Assembly: GCA_963662665.2 (NCBI GenBank)
Contig: CAXXJS010000040.1
Location: 64,001-128,000, forward strand
Length of the DNA: 64,000 nucleotides
Direction of reading: 5' to 3'
From: Candidatus Latescibacterota bacterium
GTDB lineage: Bacteria > Latescibacterota > UBA2968 > GCA-2709665
Positions 47,576 through 56,718 of the stretch are shown here, in pieces (within the stretch, counting starts at the first letter, position 1; every line of letters begins with the position of its first letter). Both the position numbers and the translations under genes were made by a program. The notes beneath the pieces were generated by a model. That model was not told the DNA's origin, searched no databases, and worked only from the letters and a program-made list of their open reading frames with translations.

Positions 47576-48851
47576 ATGAGACAGATCGCCAATGGAGACC
47601 CAGAATCTCGCTCGGCTGACGTAATTGCCGAGAATGTCGACCAGATAAAGGCGCTGTTTCCCGAGGCAGTAACCGAAGGCAAGATCGACTTCGATATACT
47701 CAGGCAGCTTCTTGGTTCAGAGGTCGATGAACGCGAGGAGAAATATGGCCTTAACTGGTATGGCAAACGTCAGGCACGGCAACTCGCTCTGACGCCATCG
47801 ACTGGAACCCTACGCCCATGCCCGAAAGAGAGCGTCGATTGGGATACAACACAGAACCTGATGATCGAGGGCGACAACCTCGAGGTGCTTAAGATCCTGC
47901 AGAAGAGCTTCGCCGGAAAGGTAAAGCTGATTTATATCGATCCGCCGTACAATACTGGAAAGGAATTCGTATACCCTGACGATTACCGTGACAACATGCA
48001 GAACTACCTCGAAATGACGGGCCAATTGGACAGCGAACGACGAATTCTATCTTCGAATACCGAGGCGACCGGGCGTTTTCATACTGCATGGTTAAACATG
48101 ATGTACCCGCGTTTAAAGATCGCGAGAAACCTACTCTGCGCTAGTGGTGCGATCTTTGTAAGTATTGACGAGAATGAGATTCCAAACCTCCGACTAATAT
48201 GCGATGAGATTTTTGGAGAGGAATGTTTCGTTGCCGTGCTGACCATACTCTGCAATCCGAAGGGGCGTTCTCAGGACAAATATTTCGCGACAAACCACGA
48301 ATATGCATTGGTCTACAGCAAGAGTCAGCTACCGAAGGGATCTTTCTCCGTCGCGAAGAGTGTCAAACAGATAGATAGTGAGTACCGTGAAGAAGATAAC
48401 TTAGGTAAGTACCGCCTGCTCGAACTTAGAAATACTCACCGTGAATTCGGGAAACACAACCGTCCCAATCTCCACTACCCGCTATACTTGGACGACGTCG
48501 GGCGGGTGTTTCTTGAAAGAGGCAGCGGCCGAGTAATGGTTCTGCCCTTGTGGAATGATGGTTTTGAGGGTTGCTGGACCTGGGGTCGATCGAAAGCAAA
48601 GGAACAGAGATCGTTGTTAATTGGACGTAAGGTCGGAGGACAGTGGAAGGTCTATCGCAAGAGTTACGCTAGCGGTGTCAATCAAATGCTAAAAACCATC
48701 CTAACGGACAACTCCTACTTTACGGAACGCGGCCAACGGGAGTTTAACGAGCTTTTCGATACGAAAGGGAAGCTATTCCAATCACCGAAATCCCCGTACC
48801 TAATTGCGCAGTTTTTGCAAACCGCGACGATGGACCGCGATTTAATCCTAG
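47576..48851 (+). pseudogene. mod: Type III R-M methyltransferase Mod, 5' part (interrupted by IS1182)
   Basis: LFPEAVTEGKIDFD.L, IEGDNLEVLK.LQ, IYIDPPYNTG (motif IV), H..WLNMMYPRL, FQSPK; natural frame ends at the CTAG insertion site. Confidence 0.9.
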
Positions 48852-50483
48852 GAGTCTGCGCCGCAGGAAAATTCATTTCAATGGACATGTAGTTGTAGGT
48901 ATAATGGGTCGTGTAGTTGGTATATGTCAAGGGTATCGTTGTGTGTTATGTCAGGGGAGGGAGCGATCCATGCCGACAACGTTTCGACCGTATCACCCGG
49001 ACCAGATATTGCTGTTGGCGCCGGATCTTCGGGAGTGGGTGCCTGAAGGTCATCTGTCGCACCAGGTGAGCGATCTGGTGGATTCCCTGGATCTGGGGTC
49101 GTTCTACGCGCCCTATGAAGGCGATGGTCGTCGCAACGCGCCATATGATCCATCGATGATGTTGAAGGTATTGATCTATGGGTACGCGACGGGAGTGTAT
49201 TCGTCTCGAGCGATCGCTGGGAAGCTGGAGGAGGACGTGGCGTTTCGTATGTTGGCGGCGGGCAATTTCCCACAACACCGGACGATCTGCGAGTTTCGGC
49301 GTCGTCACCTGGAAGATTTCGGGCGTTTGTTCGTGGAGGTGGTTGGTGTGGCACGGGAGATGGGCCTGGTACGTTTCGGGACGTTATCTTTAGACGGCAC
49401 GAAGGTACGAGCGAAGGCCAGCAAGCGCAAGGCCATGAGTTACGAGCGGATGTTGAAGGAACAGGCTCGTCTGGAGAAAGAGATCGGGGCGTTGCTTTCG
49501 GGTGCTGTGTCGATTGATGCCGAGGAGGATGCACGTTACGGCGTGGATGTTCGTGGCGACGAGTTGCCGGTCGAGTTGCAGCGCAGGCAGGCTCGTCTGG
49601 CGGCGATCAGGGCGGCGAGGGAGCGTCTGGAAGCATCGCAACGAGCCGTCGACGATGCGCGCGGGCGCAAACCGGGTCAGAAGCGCAACCCGAAGGGCGG
49701 GCGGCCTTACAAAAGAGCCTATGGCGAGCCCGACCCGAAGGCTCAGAGCAACTTCACGGACCCCGAGTCTCGGATCATGAAGACGAGCGCGGAGGGGTTC
49801 CAGCAGTGCTACAACGCGCAGACGGTGGTGGACGCCGAGCGTCAGATCATCGTGGCTGTGCATCTGGGGTCACAGGCCACCGATCAGGGCTTTATGCTCC
49901 CCTTGCTGGATGGTGTGCAAGAGACATTCGGGGTCAAGCCGGACGCGGTTCTGGCGGATGCGGGCTACTGCAACGAGGAGGACCTGGCCACGCTTGAGGA
50001 GCGTGGCATTGATGGTTACGTGGCGCTGGGGCGGGAGGGCAAGGAAAAGGTGGACGTCGATTCGGAGACGCTTCCGGCGACCCATCGCATGGGCGAGAAG
50101 CTCACCAGCCCGGAAGGTCGGGGCCTGTATGCGAAGCGCAAGTGGCTCTCGGAGGCGCCCAACGGATGGATCAAGGAGGTATTGGGCTTCCGGCGCTTCA
50201 GCTTCCGGGGGCTGGAAAAGGTGCGTGCCGAGTGGGATCTGGTCTGCCTCGCGTTGAACGTCAAGCGGATGGCAGCGTTGTCGATGTGTTGAAGCATGGG
50301 TTCGGGTGTCCTGTCCTTATGGACTCGACATACGGGAAACCACGATCCCTGGAATCTCGCCCTCAACACGCCTGCCTGCAACGATCACCGTACCCAAAAC
50401 TCATCATACCACTCCCAACATAACGACCAACCCGACTCACGGACACACCTCGCCCTTTGTAAAAACTCCTGCGGCGCAGACTC
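48852..50483 (+). mobile_element. IS1182-family insertion sequence
   Basis: Perfect 17-bp TIR GAGTCTGCGCCGCAGGA / TCCTGCGGCGCAGACTC; CTAG duplicated at 48848-48851 and 50484-50487. Confidence 0.92.
48970..50292 (+). CDS. IS1182-family transposase
   Basis: YDPSMMLKVLIYGY.TG..SSR.I, P.HRTI..FR, LDGTK, NFTDPESRIM, YNAQ, ADAGY, E...GWIK...GFRRF..RG. Confidence 0.92.
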   Translation: MPTTFRPYHPDQILLLAPDLREWVPEGHLSHQVSDLVDSLDLGSFYAPYEGDGRRNAPYDPSMMLKVLIYGYATGVYSSRAIAGKLEEDVAFRMLAAGNFPQHRTICEFRRRHLEDFGRLFVEVVGVAREMGLVRFGTLSLDGTKVRAKASKRKAMSYERMLKEQARLEKEIGALLSGAVSIDAEEDARYGVDVRGDELPVELQRRQARLAAIRAARERLEASQRAVDDARGRKPGQKRNPKGGRPYKRAYGEPDPKAQSNFTDPESRIMKTSAEGFQQCYNAQTVVDAERQIIVAVHLGSQATDQGFMLPLLDGVQETFGVKPDAVLADAGYCNEEDLATLEERGIDGYVALGREGKEKVDVDSETLPATHRMGEKLTSPEGRGLYAKRKWLSEAPNGWIKEVLGFRRFSFRGLEKVRAEWDLVCLALNVKRMAALSMC

Positions 50484-51167
50484 CTAGATTTCTTTGCAGG
50501 TTCAGGAACAACGGGACAGTCTGTTATGGCTCAGAATGCAACAGACGGCGGAAATCGTCGGTACATTCTAGTGCAGTTGCCGGAGCCGCTCTACGATTGC
50601 AACGAAAACTTGATGGACGTGTTTGAGCATTACGAACACCACGGAACACCACACACTATTGCAGAACTGACTAAAGAACGCTTGCGTCGGGCCGGTGACA
50701 GAATTAAAGATGATTACGCGAGGTTTTCGGGGGATATTGGGTTCCGCGTCTTCAAATTAGATACCTCAAACTTCCGTGCATGGGAGCCGGAAAGCGACGA
50801 TCTGGAACATACTCTACTCGACAGCATCGACCACATTAAGCCGGATCGAAGTGAAGATGACATTCTCTATGAGCTTCTATTAAAACTTGGACTCGACGTG
50901 TGCGTTCCGATCGAGACTCGTACTATTGTTGGCAAGGCCGTTCGCTCCGTCGGTGCAGGTACGTTAATGGCGTGCCTTGACGAGACGATCGCCCGCGAGG
51001 ACATCGACGCACTAGCCCTCGGTATCGTCGAGTGGTACAAAGAGCTCTCGCCAGCGGGCGGCAGCACTGTTTTCTTCCGCGACAGTGCATTTGCCGACGA
51101 CGTCGCCAAGACGAATCTTACTGCTATCCTTAAGCAGCACGGTCTAGGGAATGTGCGAAGTTTGTAA
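50484..51167 (+). pseudogene. mod: Type III R-M methyltransferase Mod, 3' part
   Basis: Resumes with LDFFAGSGTTG (motif I), RRYILVQLPE, TKERLRRAG, GFRVFKLDTSN, FRDSAFADDVAKTNL. Confidence 0.9.
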
Positions 51168-51215
51168 CCAACGTTGAATATTTCGAGGAATTGAATGTCT
51201 CGGGAGTAACGACCA

Positions 51216-51992
51216 ATGGGCCATGAAAGAGTCGATTCCTTGCCGCGGACGGTAAGATGGCGAAATATCGTTGCTGACATCGCGGGGTTGGAAAGTGGCG
51301 GGGACGCGACCATTTCTGACATCGCCGAACGAACTCTAACGAATGTACGGACGAGATATAACGGTATCTACAAGGATTCAGGTGTACACGCCGCGTTCGT
51401 CTACCTCCTGTCGTTAGCCACGTTTCGCCATAATCGACCTGAAGCTCGTCATGCAGTTGGAATCGACCTTGACGAAAATCCATCGTACTTCCGAATTGCC
51501 GCACAGCTCAATACTTGGGTGTCTAGCCATATCGGTTCAAGTGAGTACGGCGAGATAGCAAGGCGCGCCGGTGGCGACGCTATTGTCCGTTGGACTCAGC
51601 GAATGACGAAACAGGACGATCTCTTTGACGATCCTGCCCGTGCCCAAAGGGTATGGGACGCCGCATCTGACGCGGAAGGATTCTGCGAGATTGCGAGAAT
51701 CTTTTTCGCCAAGTTCACTGAACGGTACTTGCTCTATTTCCTCGAACGTGAGGCATCGGCAGAATCCCCTTCTCTTGACGCCCGAGAGCAGTTTTCCGAG
51801 CAACTAAGTATTCACGTTGATAAGATTTCGAGGCACGCGTACGAGACGTCAAAAATTGGCCAATCATTCGCCGCCGGTTGGTTTAACAATCACGCACGAT
51901 ACAATCATCCTTCGGACGAAGAGGTCGAACAGTTTCTATCTCTCTCGTTCGGGAAACTCCAGGAGGAACTGTATCGGGAGGCTTCTCTGTGA
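51216..51992 (+). CDS. Hypothetical protein, putative partner of the QueC-like enzyme (QatB-like position)
   Basis: 258-aa ORF starting MGHERVDSLPRT; its TGA overlaps the GTG of the QueC-like gene (GTGA). Confidence 0.75.
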   Translation: MGHERVDSLPRTVRWRNIVADIAGLESGGDATISDIAERTLTNVRTRYNGIYKDSGVHAAFVYLLSLATFRHNRPEARHAVGIDLDENPSYFRIAAQLNTWVSSHIGSSEYGEIARRAGGDAIVRWTQRMTKQDDLFDDPARAQRVWDAASDAEGFCEIARIFFAKFTERYLLYFLEREASAESPSLDAREQFSEQLSIHVDKISRHAYETSKIGQSFAAGWFNNHARYNHPSDEEVEQFLSLSFGKLQEELYREASL

Positions 51993-53842
51993 ACGCGTCC
52001 CGACCAGTGTTAGTTCTTGCTAACGGTGCCACGGATCCCGACAATGGGGCTCACCCGCTAATACTGGACTACAAGCCTGACGATGCTGGGCGACTAATGC
52101 ATATCGGCCTGCCGTCTTTCATTGGTAATTTGTTTCACATTCCCGACCGTACACTCGACTTGCTCGAAATTGCAGCCTATGTATTTACAGCAGATCGTTT
52201 GCTGCACCGGGGCCAATCAAATGCGGTCGAGTATCACAGTTGGTCCCGATCGATTGAGTTTCATGTTCGAGTACGTGATTTCGACTTTTGGAACACCGAT
52301 TCAGTTAAGCAAGCACTATCAGATGTCCTTTTGTTTATGACGGGAGACGCCTTAATCACATTCCACTTCCAACCTGGACACTGTACTCCTCCGACGGGTC
52401 TATTTGACAGTAGTGAGTTTTCGCTAAAAGGCTTGGCCGAAGCAACGGTTACATTATTCTCTGGTGGAATAGATTCGCTTTCAGGAGCATTGGATCGCTT
52501 GAACGAAACAGACTCCAAAGTGCTTCTGGTTACCCATCAGTCGGGGGTAGCAAACATGCGCACACAACAAGCACTTGTCCGTAGGTTGCAACAAGAATTC
52601 CCACGAAGAACCCAACATTATCGATTCAGATGTACTCTTCGCGGCCAGCGCGCTGTCGAAGAGACACAGCGATCCCGTTCATTCTTATACACATCTATAG
52701 GATATGCAATAGCATCAGCGTGGAAAAACGATCATATGTTCATTTACGAGAACGGTGTTACAAGTATCAACCTCAGCAGGCGAGAGGATCTAGCGAATGC
52801 AAGAGCAAGTCGTACGACCCATCCTCGAACCATCTGGCTGCTTGAAATGCTATTTGGTCTTCTTCATGAATCTGAATTCAGAATCCATCTCCCATATCTT
52901 ACCCTCACAAAACGAGACGTCGTAAAACGTCTTTCCAACAACGCCCCAAACTTGCTATCGAGTACTGTTTCGTGTACTCGCACATTTAAGACCGAGGGCC
53001 AATCGACGCACTGTGGATCATGTTTCCAGTGCATCGATAGACGAATCGCAACCTACGCGGCGGGTGTTAATCAGCTTGACCACCAGGGTTTGTACTCACG
53101 CGATATTGTCCATAACCCGATCGAGGACCGTGCTGCTAGGACGATTACCGTAGACTATCTCAGGCAAGCAAGACGTTTCACCGAATGGAACTTGGCGAAA
53201 TTCGAACACTATTACCTCAGCGAGATAGCCGAATTAATCGGTTGTTTACGAGTCGGAGACACAGAGGAACAGCAAATTGAGATGGTGTGGGGCCTGTTAC
53301 AGAATCACGGGGAACATGTGCGTGAAGGTGTACAAAATATGTTAGTGAACCGGTGTGATCCGTTAGAGCCGCTTACTGACAATTCCCTACTGGCGTTGGT
53401 AACGTCTGGAGAGCATACAAAACCAGAGGTCCTTCGACTTGCACAATCATTAGTGCAGATCTTGGAATCGAGCGTGGGCGAGATGTTCCGCCGTGACCGC
53501 CCCCAAGACGAGAATGATCTAAACACGAAACTCGCCGCATTGCTTCGAACCCACGAGCCACGGCTTACGAGTGAGCATCCTACGGAATCGTTCGCTTGCG
53601 CTGGCGTGGTTCCTGATCACGAATTGCATTCCTCAAGTTTATTGTTGGAAGCAAAATACATTAGAAAGTCAACCTCACCCTCAAAGGCTGCGGAAGGTAT
53701 CGCTGCGGATTTGACTAAGTTTCCGGCGAACTGCTTCATTCTCTTTATCGTTTACGATCCAGACCACGCCATTAAATCTGATTATCAGTACCGTATGGAC
53801 ATTGAGACTCATGGTAGAAATGTGGTGGTCATTGTGCGATAG
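51989..53842 (+). CDS. QatC/QueC-like PP-loop enzyme fused to a C-terminal PD-(D/E)XK nuclease-like domain
   Basis: DLLEIAAYVFTADR N-domain, LFSGGIDS PP-loop, EETQRSRSFLY, YENG, SRTTHP, C-x12-C-x2-C-x2-C-IDRR; C-terminal ENDL...VPD...LLEAK...FIVYD. Confidence 0.82.
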   Translation: MNASRPVLVLANGATDPDNGAHPLILDYKPDDAGRLMHIGLPSFIGNLFHIPDRTLDLLEIAAYVFTADRLLHRGQSNAVEYHSWSRSIEFHVRVRDFDFWNTDSVKQALSDVLLFMTGDALITFHFQPGHCTPPTGLFDSSEFSLKGLAEATVTLFSGGIDSLSGALDRLNETDSKVLLVTHQSGVANMRTQQALVRRLQQEFPRRTQHYRFRCTLRGQRAVEETQRSRSFLYTSIGYAIASAWKNDHMFIYENGVTSINLSRREDLANARASRTTHPRTIWLLEMLFGLLHESEFRIHLPYLTLTKRDVVKRLSNNAPNLLSSTVSCTRTFKTEGQSTHCGSCFQCIDRRIATYAAGVNQLDHQGLYSRDIVHNPIEDRAARTITVDYLRQARRFTEWNLAKFEHYYLSEIAELIGCLRVGDTEEQQIEMVWGLLQNHGEHVREGVQNMLVNRCDPLEPLTDNSLLALVTSGEHTKPEVLRLAQSLVQILESSVGEMFRRDRPQDENDLNTKLAALLRTHEPRLTSEHPTESFACAGVVPDHELHSSSLLLEAKYIRKSTSPSKAAEGIAADLTKFPANCFILFIVYDPDHAIKSDYQYRMDIETHGRNVVVIVR

Positions 53843-54087
53843 GCACCGAGCGGATTGAAGCCTGCTGCGTAAGGAGTATGTACAATTGCCAGGCGCGAGG
53901 TTCGAGATAGGAAAGTTTGTACTTCCACTCCCAACTCCGGGTGATCAATACGGCCTTTAGTCCCTCTCGTTGCCGAAAAATTGTCGATTTCGGTCCAAAG
54001 TTACCCGCACTTTACACTGGTTTCATCGATTGCAAGGTTCACCGCGATCTGCCATGCCGGAACCATTAACCAACGCCAAAGAGAGTT

Positions 54088-55095
54088 ATGACAGATAGTG
54101 CGTATTACTATCCGGCACCGTATTGGGCAATGAGGGAAGGAGGGTGGATTAAGTCGCTCCTTCTGTTCTTCGACGAAGTCGCAATCTTGCTGCCGGACTA
54201 CATGTATGGACGTCATGTACAAGCGGATCCTACCCTTGCCGGTCCACTTGAGGATCTCGGATTATTAAAGGTGCTCGAACCAAACAATTGGGTCGATGCG
54301 GAGGCCACGAATCAGCTTGCAGAAATTGTCGTTGACCTGCTTACAAATGGCGCATTCGATGACCTTCCAAAGGCAGTATATTTCGCGGAATTGTCGCAGT
54401 CAAGAATTGGTTACGGTGCCGACGTCAACTTGGCAAGTTTTCTGGTTGCGGAACTCAGGACAAGAGGACTTGCGCGCACGAGCGAGGACGGAGTTTCAAT
54501 TCCCCTTCATCCCGCTGTCCGAACGACCATACTCGTCATTCTCGCACAGCTCTCTCGGGTAACCGGAGCCAAGCGCGGGATGATCGTACATCCAACAACG
54601 AACTATGCTGAAGCTGTTCGTGACCTAGTCGAGACGTTGTCAAGAGATCGCATGCCATCGCGCGAAAACGTAATCAAGCTTGATCTTGAACCCGTAACAT
54701 TTGATTTGGAGACGATTCCACTTGACGACGTCCTACAGTTCCGCACTGAACACAAAGATGCGCACCGAACATATATGCGTAATCTCAGAGGCTTCATGGC
54801 TGAACTCGCCGAGCTCGAAGACACCAAGGTACGAGAAGCTATACTTTTAGAGCGCCGTCAAGAAATCGCTGACGCAGCCCACGAAATCCAGCGGTCTACG
54901 CGAAGGGAACTCGGCAAGGATTTGGGCTCGTGGTCGTTAGGTATTGCGGGCGGTTTTTGGTCATTGGCCTCTGGCGACCCAATCGGCCTAGCACTCACCG
55001 CAACTGGCCTCATTTCCGGAATCGTGTCCAGATCTCCGAAGCAAGTCGGCGCGTATTCCTACTTGTTCGAAGCGAGTAACACTTTTGCGAGATAG
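54088..55095 (+). CDS. Hypothetical protein, DUF6236-like, with C-terminal hydrophobic hairpin
   Basis: AYYYP...WIKSLLLFFDEVAILLP N-terminus; IPLDDVLQFR; C-terminal WSLGIAGGFWSLASGDPIGLALTATGLISGIV. Confidence 0.6.
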   Translation: MTDSAYYYPAPYWAMREGGWIKSLLLFFDEVAILLPDYMYGRHVQADPTLAGPLEDLGLLKVLEPNNWVDAEATNQLAEIVVDLLTNGAFDDLPKAVYFAELSQSRIGYGADVNLASFLVAELRTRGLARTSEDGVSIPLHPAVRTTILVILAQLSRVTGAKRGMIVHPTTNYAEAVRDLVETLSRDRMPSRENVIKLDLEPVTFDLETIPLDDVLQFRTEHKDAHRTYMRNLRGFMAELAELEDTKVREAILLERRQEIADAAHEIQRSTRRELGKDLGSWSLGIAGGFWSLASGDPIGLALTATGLISGIVSRSPKQVGAYSYLFEASNTFAR

Positions 55096-55295
55096 CGGGT
55101 TTTCAGCATCCAAAAAACCGGAAAATCTAAAGAGCTTAGAAGAGATTTACGTCTACGTTAGAATCCGGCACAAACGACGAGGCCCTGTCTGACACGACCG
55201 CCCGTGGGAGGGTCATTACTATCGAGTTCAATGTCTTGGACGCTTCCGTACCTTGAGACATGAAATTAGCCTTACCCAATGTCTCCGACGCCATG

Positions 55296-55501
55296 ATGCT
55301 GATCGCGTGCCTCGACGAGACGATCGCGCGGAAGGATGTCGAACCGCTGGCCCTCGGTATCGTCGAGTGGCACACAGGGCTCTCGCCCGCCCGAGACAGC
55401 ACTTTGTTTTTCGCGACAGTGCAGTTGCCGACGACGTCGCCAAGACAAATCTTGCCGCTCTCCTAAAACAGCACGCTCTGGAGAATGTGCGCAGTCTGTA
55501 G
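55296..55501 (+). pseudogene. Degenerate duplicate of the mod 3' end
   Basis: Encodes ACLDETIARKDVEPLALGIVEW and, after a frameshift, FRDSAVADDVAKTNLAALLKQHALENVRSL*, matching ~50962..51167. Confidence 0.85.
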
Positions 55502-55582
55502 GACGATCCATTATCCGGCCGTAACCGATTCTCCACGAGTCTCATTTTCGGTGAGCGAGTTCGTTCTAGTACCCTTTGACGG

Positions 55583-56251
55583 CTAAAGCACGGCGTAGTC
55601 TGGATACAGCTTTCTCAGTTTGATGCGAGCATCGTCGGTCGTGAACCGCCAATGGACGGCCTTGCTATTGTTGTTGCGATCATTCGTCCAAGCGGAAGTC
55701 TGCTCTTTGAGTGAATCGATATCGGGGATGCGCTGCTTCAAGCATTGGTTGCTCAAGACACTCAGTTCGATCTCGGCGATGTTGAGCCAACTCCCGTGTT
55801 TGGGCGTGTAGTGGATTTCGAGACGCCTGGCCAGACGGCGAGCTTCTTCGGGTGAGAACGCCTCGTAGAGTGCCGCGGGCGTGTGCGTGTTGAGGTTATC
55901 ACACACCAGGACGACGGTTTCGGCTTCACGGTAGTCCGTATCCAGAAGCTCCTTGATCTCCTGGGCCCAGTCCAGTGCGGTCTTGCGTTGTCTTACACGG
56001 ACCTTGCGCCAGCACGAAAGCGGTTCAGTGAACATGAAGTTCACGGCGGTTCCGTTACGTTCATACTCGTAGTCGTAGCGTTCAGGTTTGCCCGGACGTG
56101 TAGTGACCGGAACACGCGTCTCCTTGACCAACTGAACCGGGTGTTCGTCCATATTGACAACGGGCCTCAGGGCGTCGTACGGCCGCTGATAGACATCCAG
56201 GATATCCTCCATCGCGGCGACAAACGCGGCGTTTTGCTTGGGCGGAATCAC
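55583..56251 (-). CDS. IS630 transposase, DDE part (OrfB)
   Basis: VVNMDE, YDYEYERNGT, VCDNLNTH, HYTPKHGSWLNIAEIELS. Confidence 0.9.
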   Translation of the reverse strand: MIPPKQNAAFVAAMEDILDVYQRPYDALRPVVNMDEHPVQLVKETRVPVTTRPGKPERYDYEYERNGTAVNFMFTEPLSCWRKVRVRQRKTALDWAQEIKELLDTDYREAETVVLVCDNLNTHTPAALYEAFSPEEARRLARRLEIHYTPKHGSWLNIAEIELSVLSNQCLKQRIPDIDSLKEQTSAWTNDRNNNSKAVHWRFTTDDARIKLRKLYPDYAVL

Positions 56252-56262
56252 CCAGCACGTTC

Positions 56263-56718
56263 TCAGGTGAGGCCTAAGTTTGTTTTTTTAAGCGTTCGCT
56301 GCACCGTCCGGTATGAGATGCTATCGACGATCTCCAGGGCTACGAGCTCATCGGCCAAAAGCTTCAGCGTCCACCGCTTACGTCCCGTTGGAGGTTCACT
56401 GCAAGCCAACGCGATCAATCGGGCTTCCTTAGCACCATCCAGCTTTCTTTCGGTGGGAGGATGGGCGCGCTTCTTTCGCTCAAGGGCCGAATCCAGGCCC
56501 TCCAACACAAAACGCTTCCGGATGCCCTCAACCGTAGACCGATTGCACGAAAAGGCCTCCGTGATCTGCCGATCCAGCCAGGCCGGACCCTCTGCATCGG
56601 CCTTGAGAAGCACATGCGCGTGCCTGATTCGGTACGCTTGCGTCTTGCCTTTGCTTACCAGATCCTGCAGCCGTTCCCGTTCTTCGGGACTCAGACGTAC
56701 GACGTATTTCTTCGGCAT
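56263..56718 (-). CDS. IS630 transposase, HTH part (OrfA)
   Basis: KYVVRLSPEERERL, LIALACSEPP.G..RWTL.LLA, ends near an A7 slippery run (TLKK). Confidence 0.88.
   Translation of the reverse strand: MPKKYVVRLSPEERERLQDLVSKGKTQAYRIRHAHVLLKADAEGPAWLDRQITEAFSCNRSTVEGIRKRFVLEGLDSALERKKRAHPPTERKLDGAKEARLIALACSEPPTGRKRWTLKLLADELVALEIVDSISYRTVQRTLKKTNLGLT

Noticed and set aside
51989-53842. Housekeeping queC for queuosine synthesis or a Dpd DNA-modification system
   Set aside because: Much longer than QueC, with QatC-type extra motifs and a C-terminal extension; no queD/E/F, folE, tgt or dpd genes nearby.
51216-53842. Canonical QatABCD or type IV CBASS
   Set aside because: No KAP/P-loop ATPase, TatD nuclease or CD-NTase recognised in the window.
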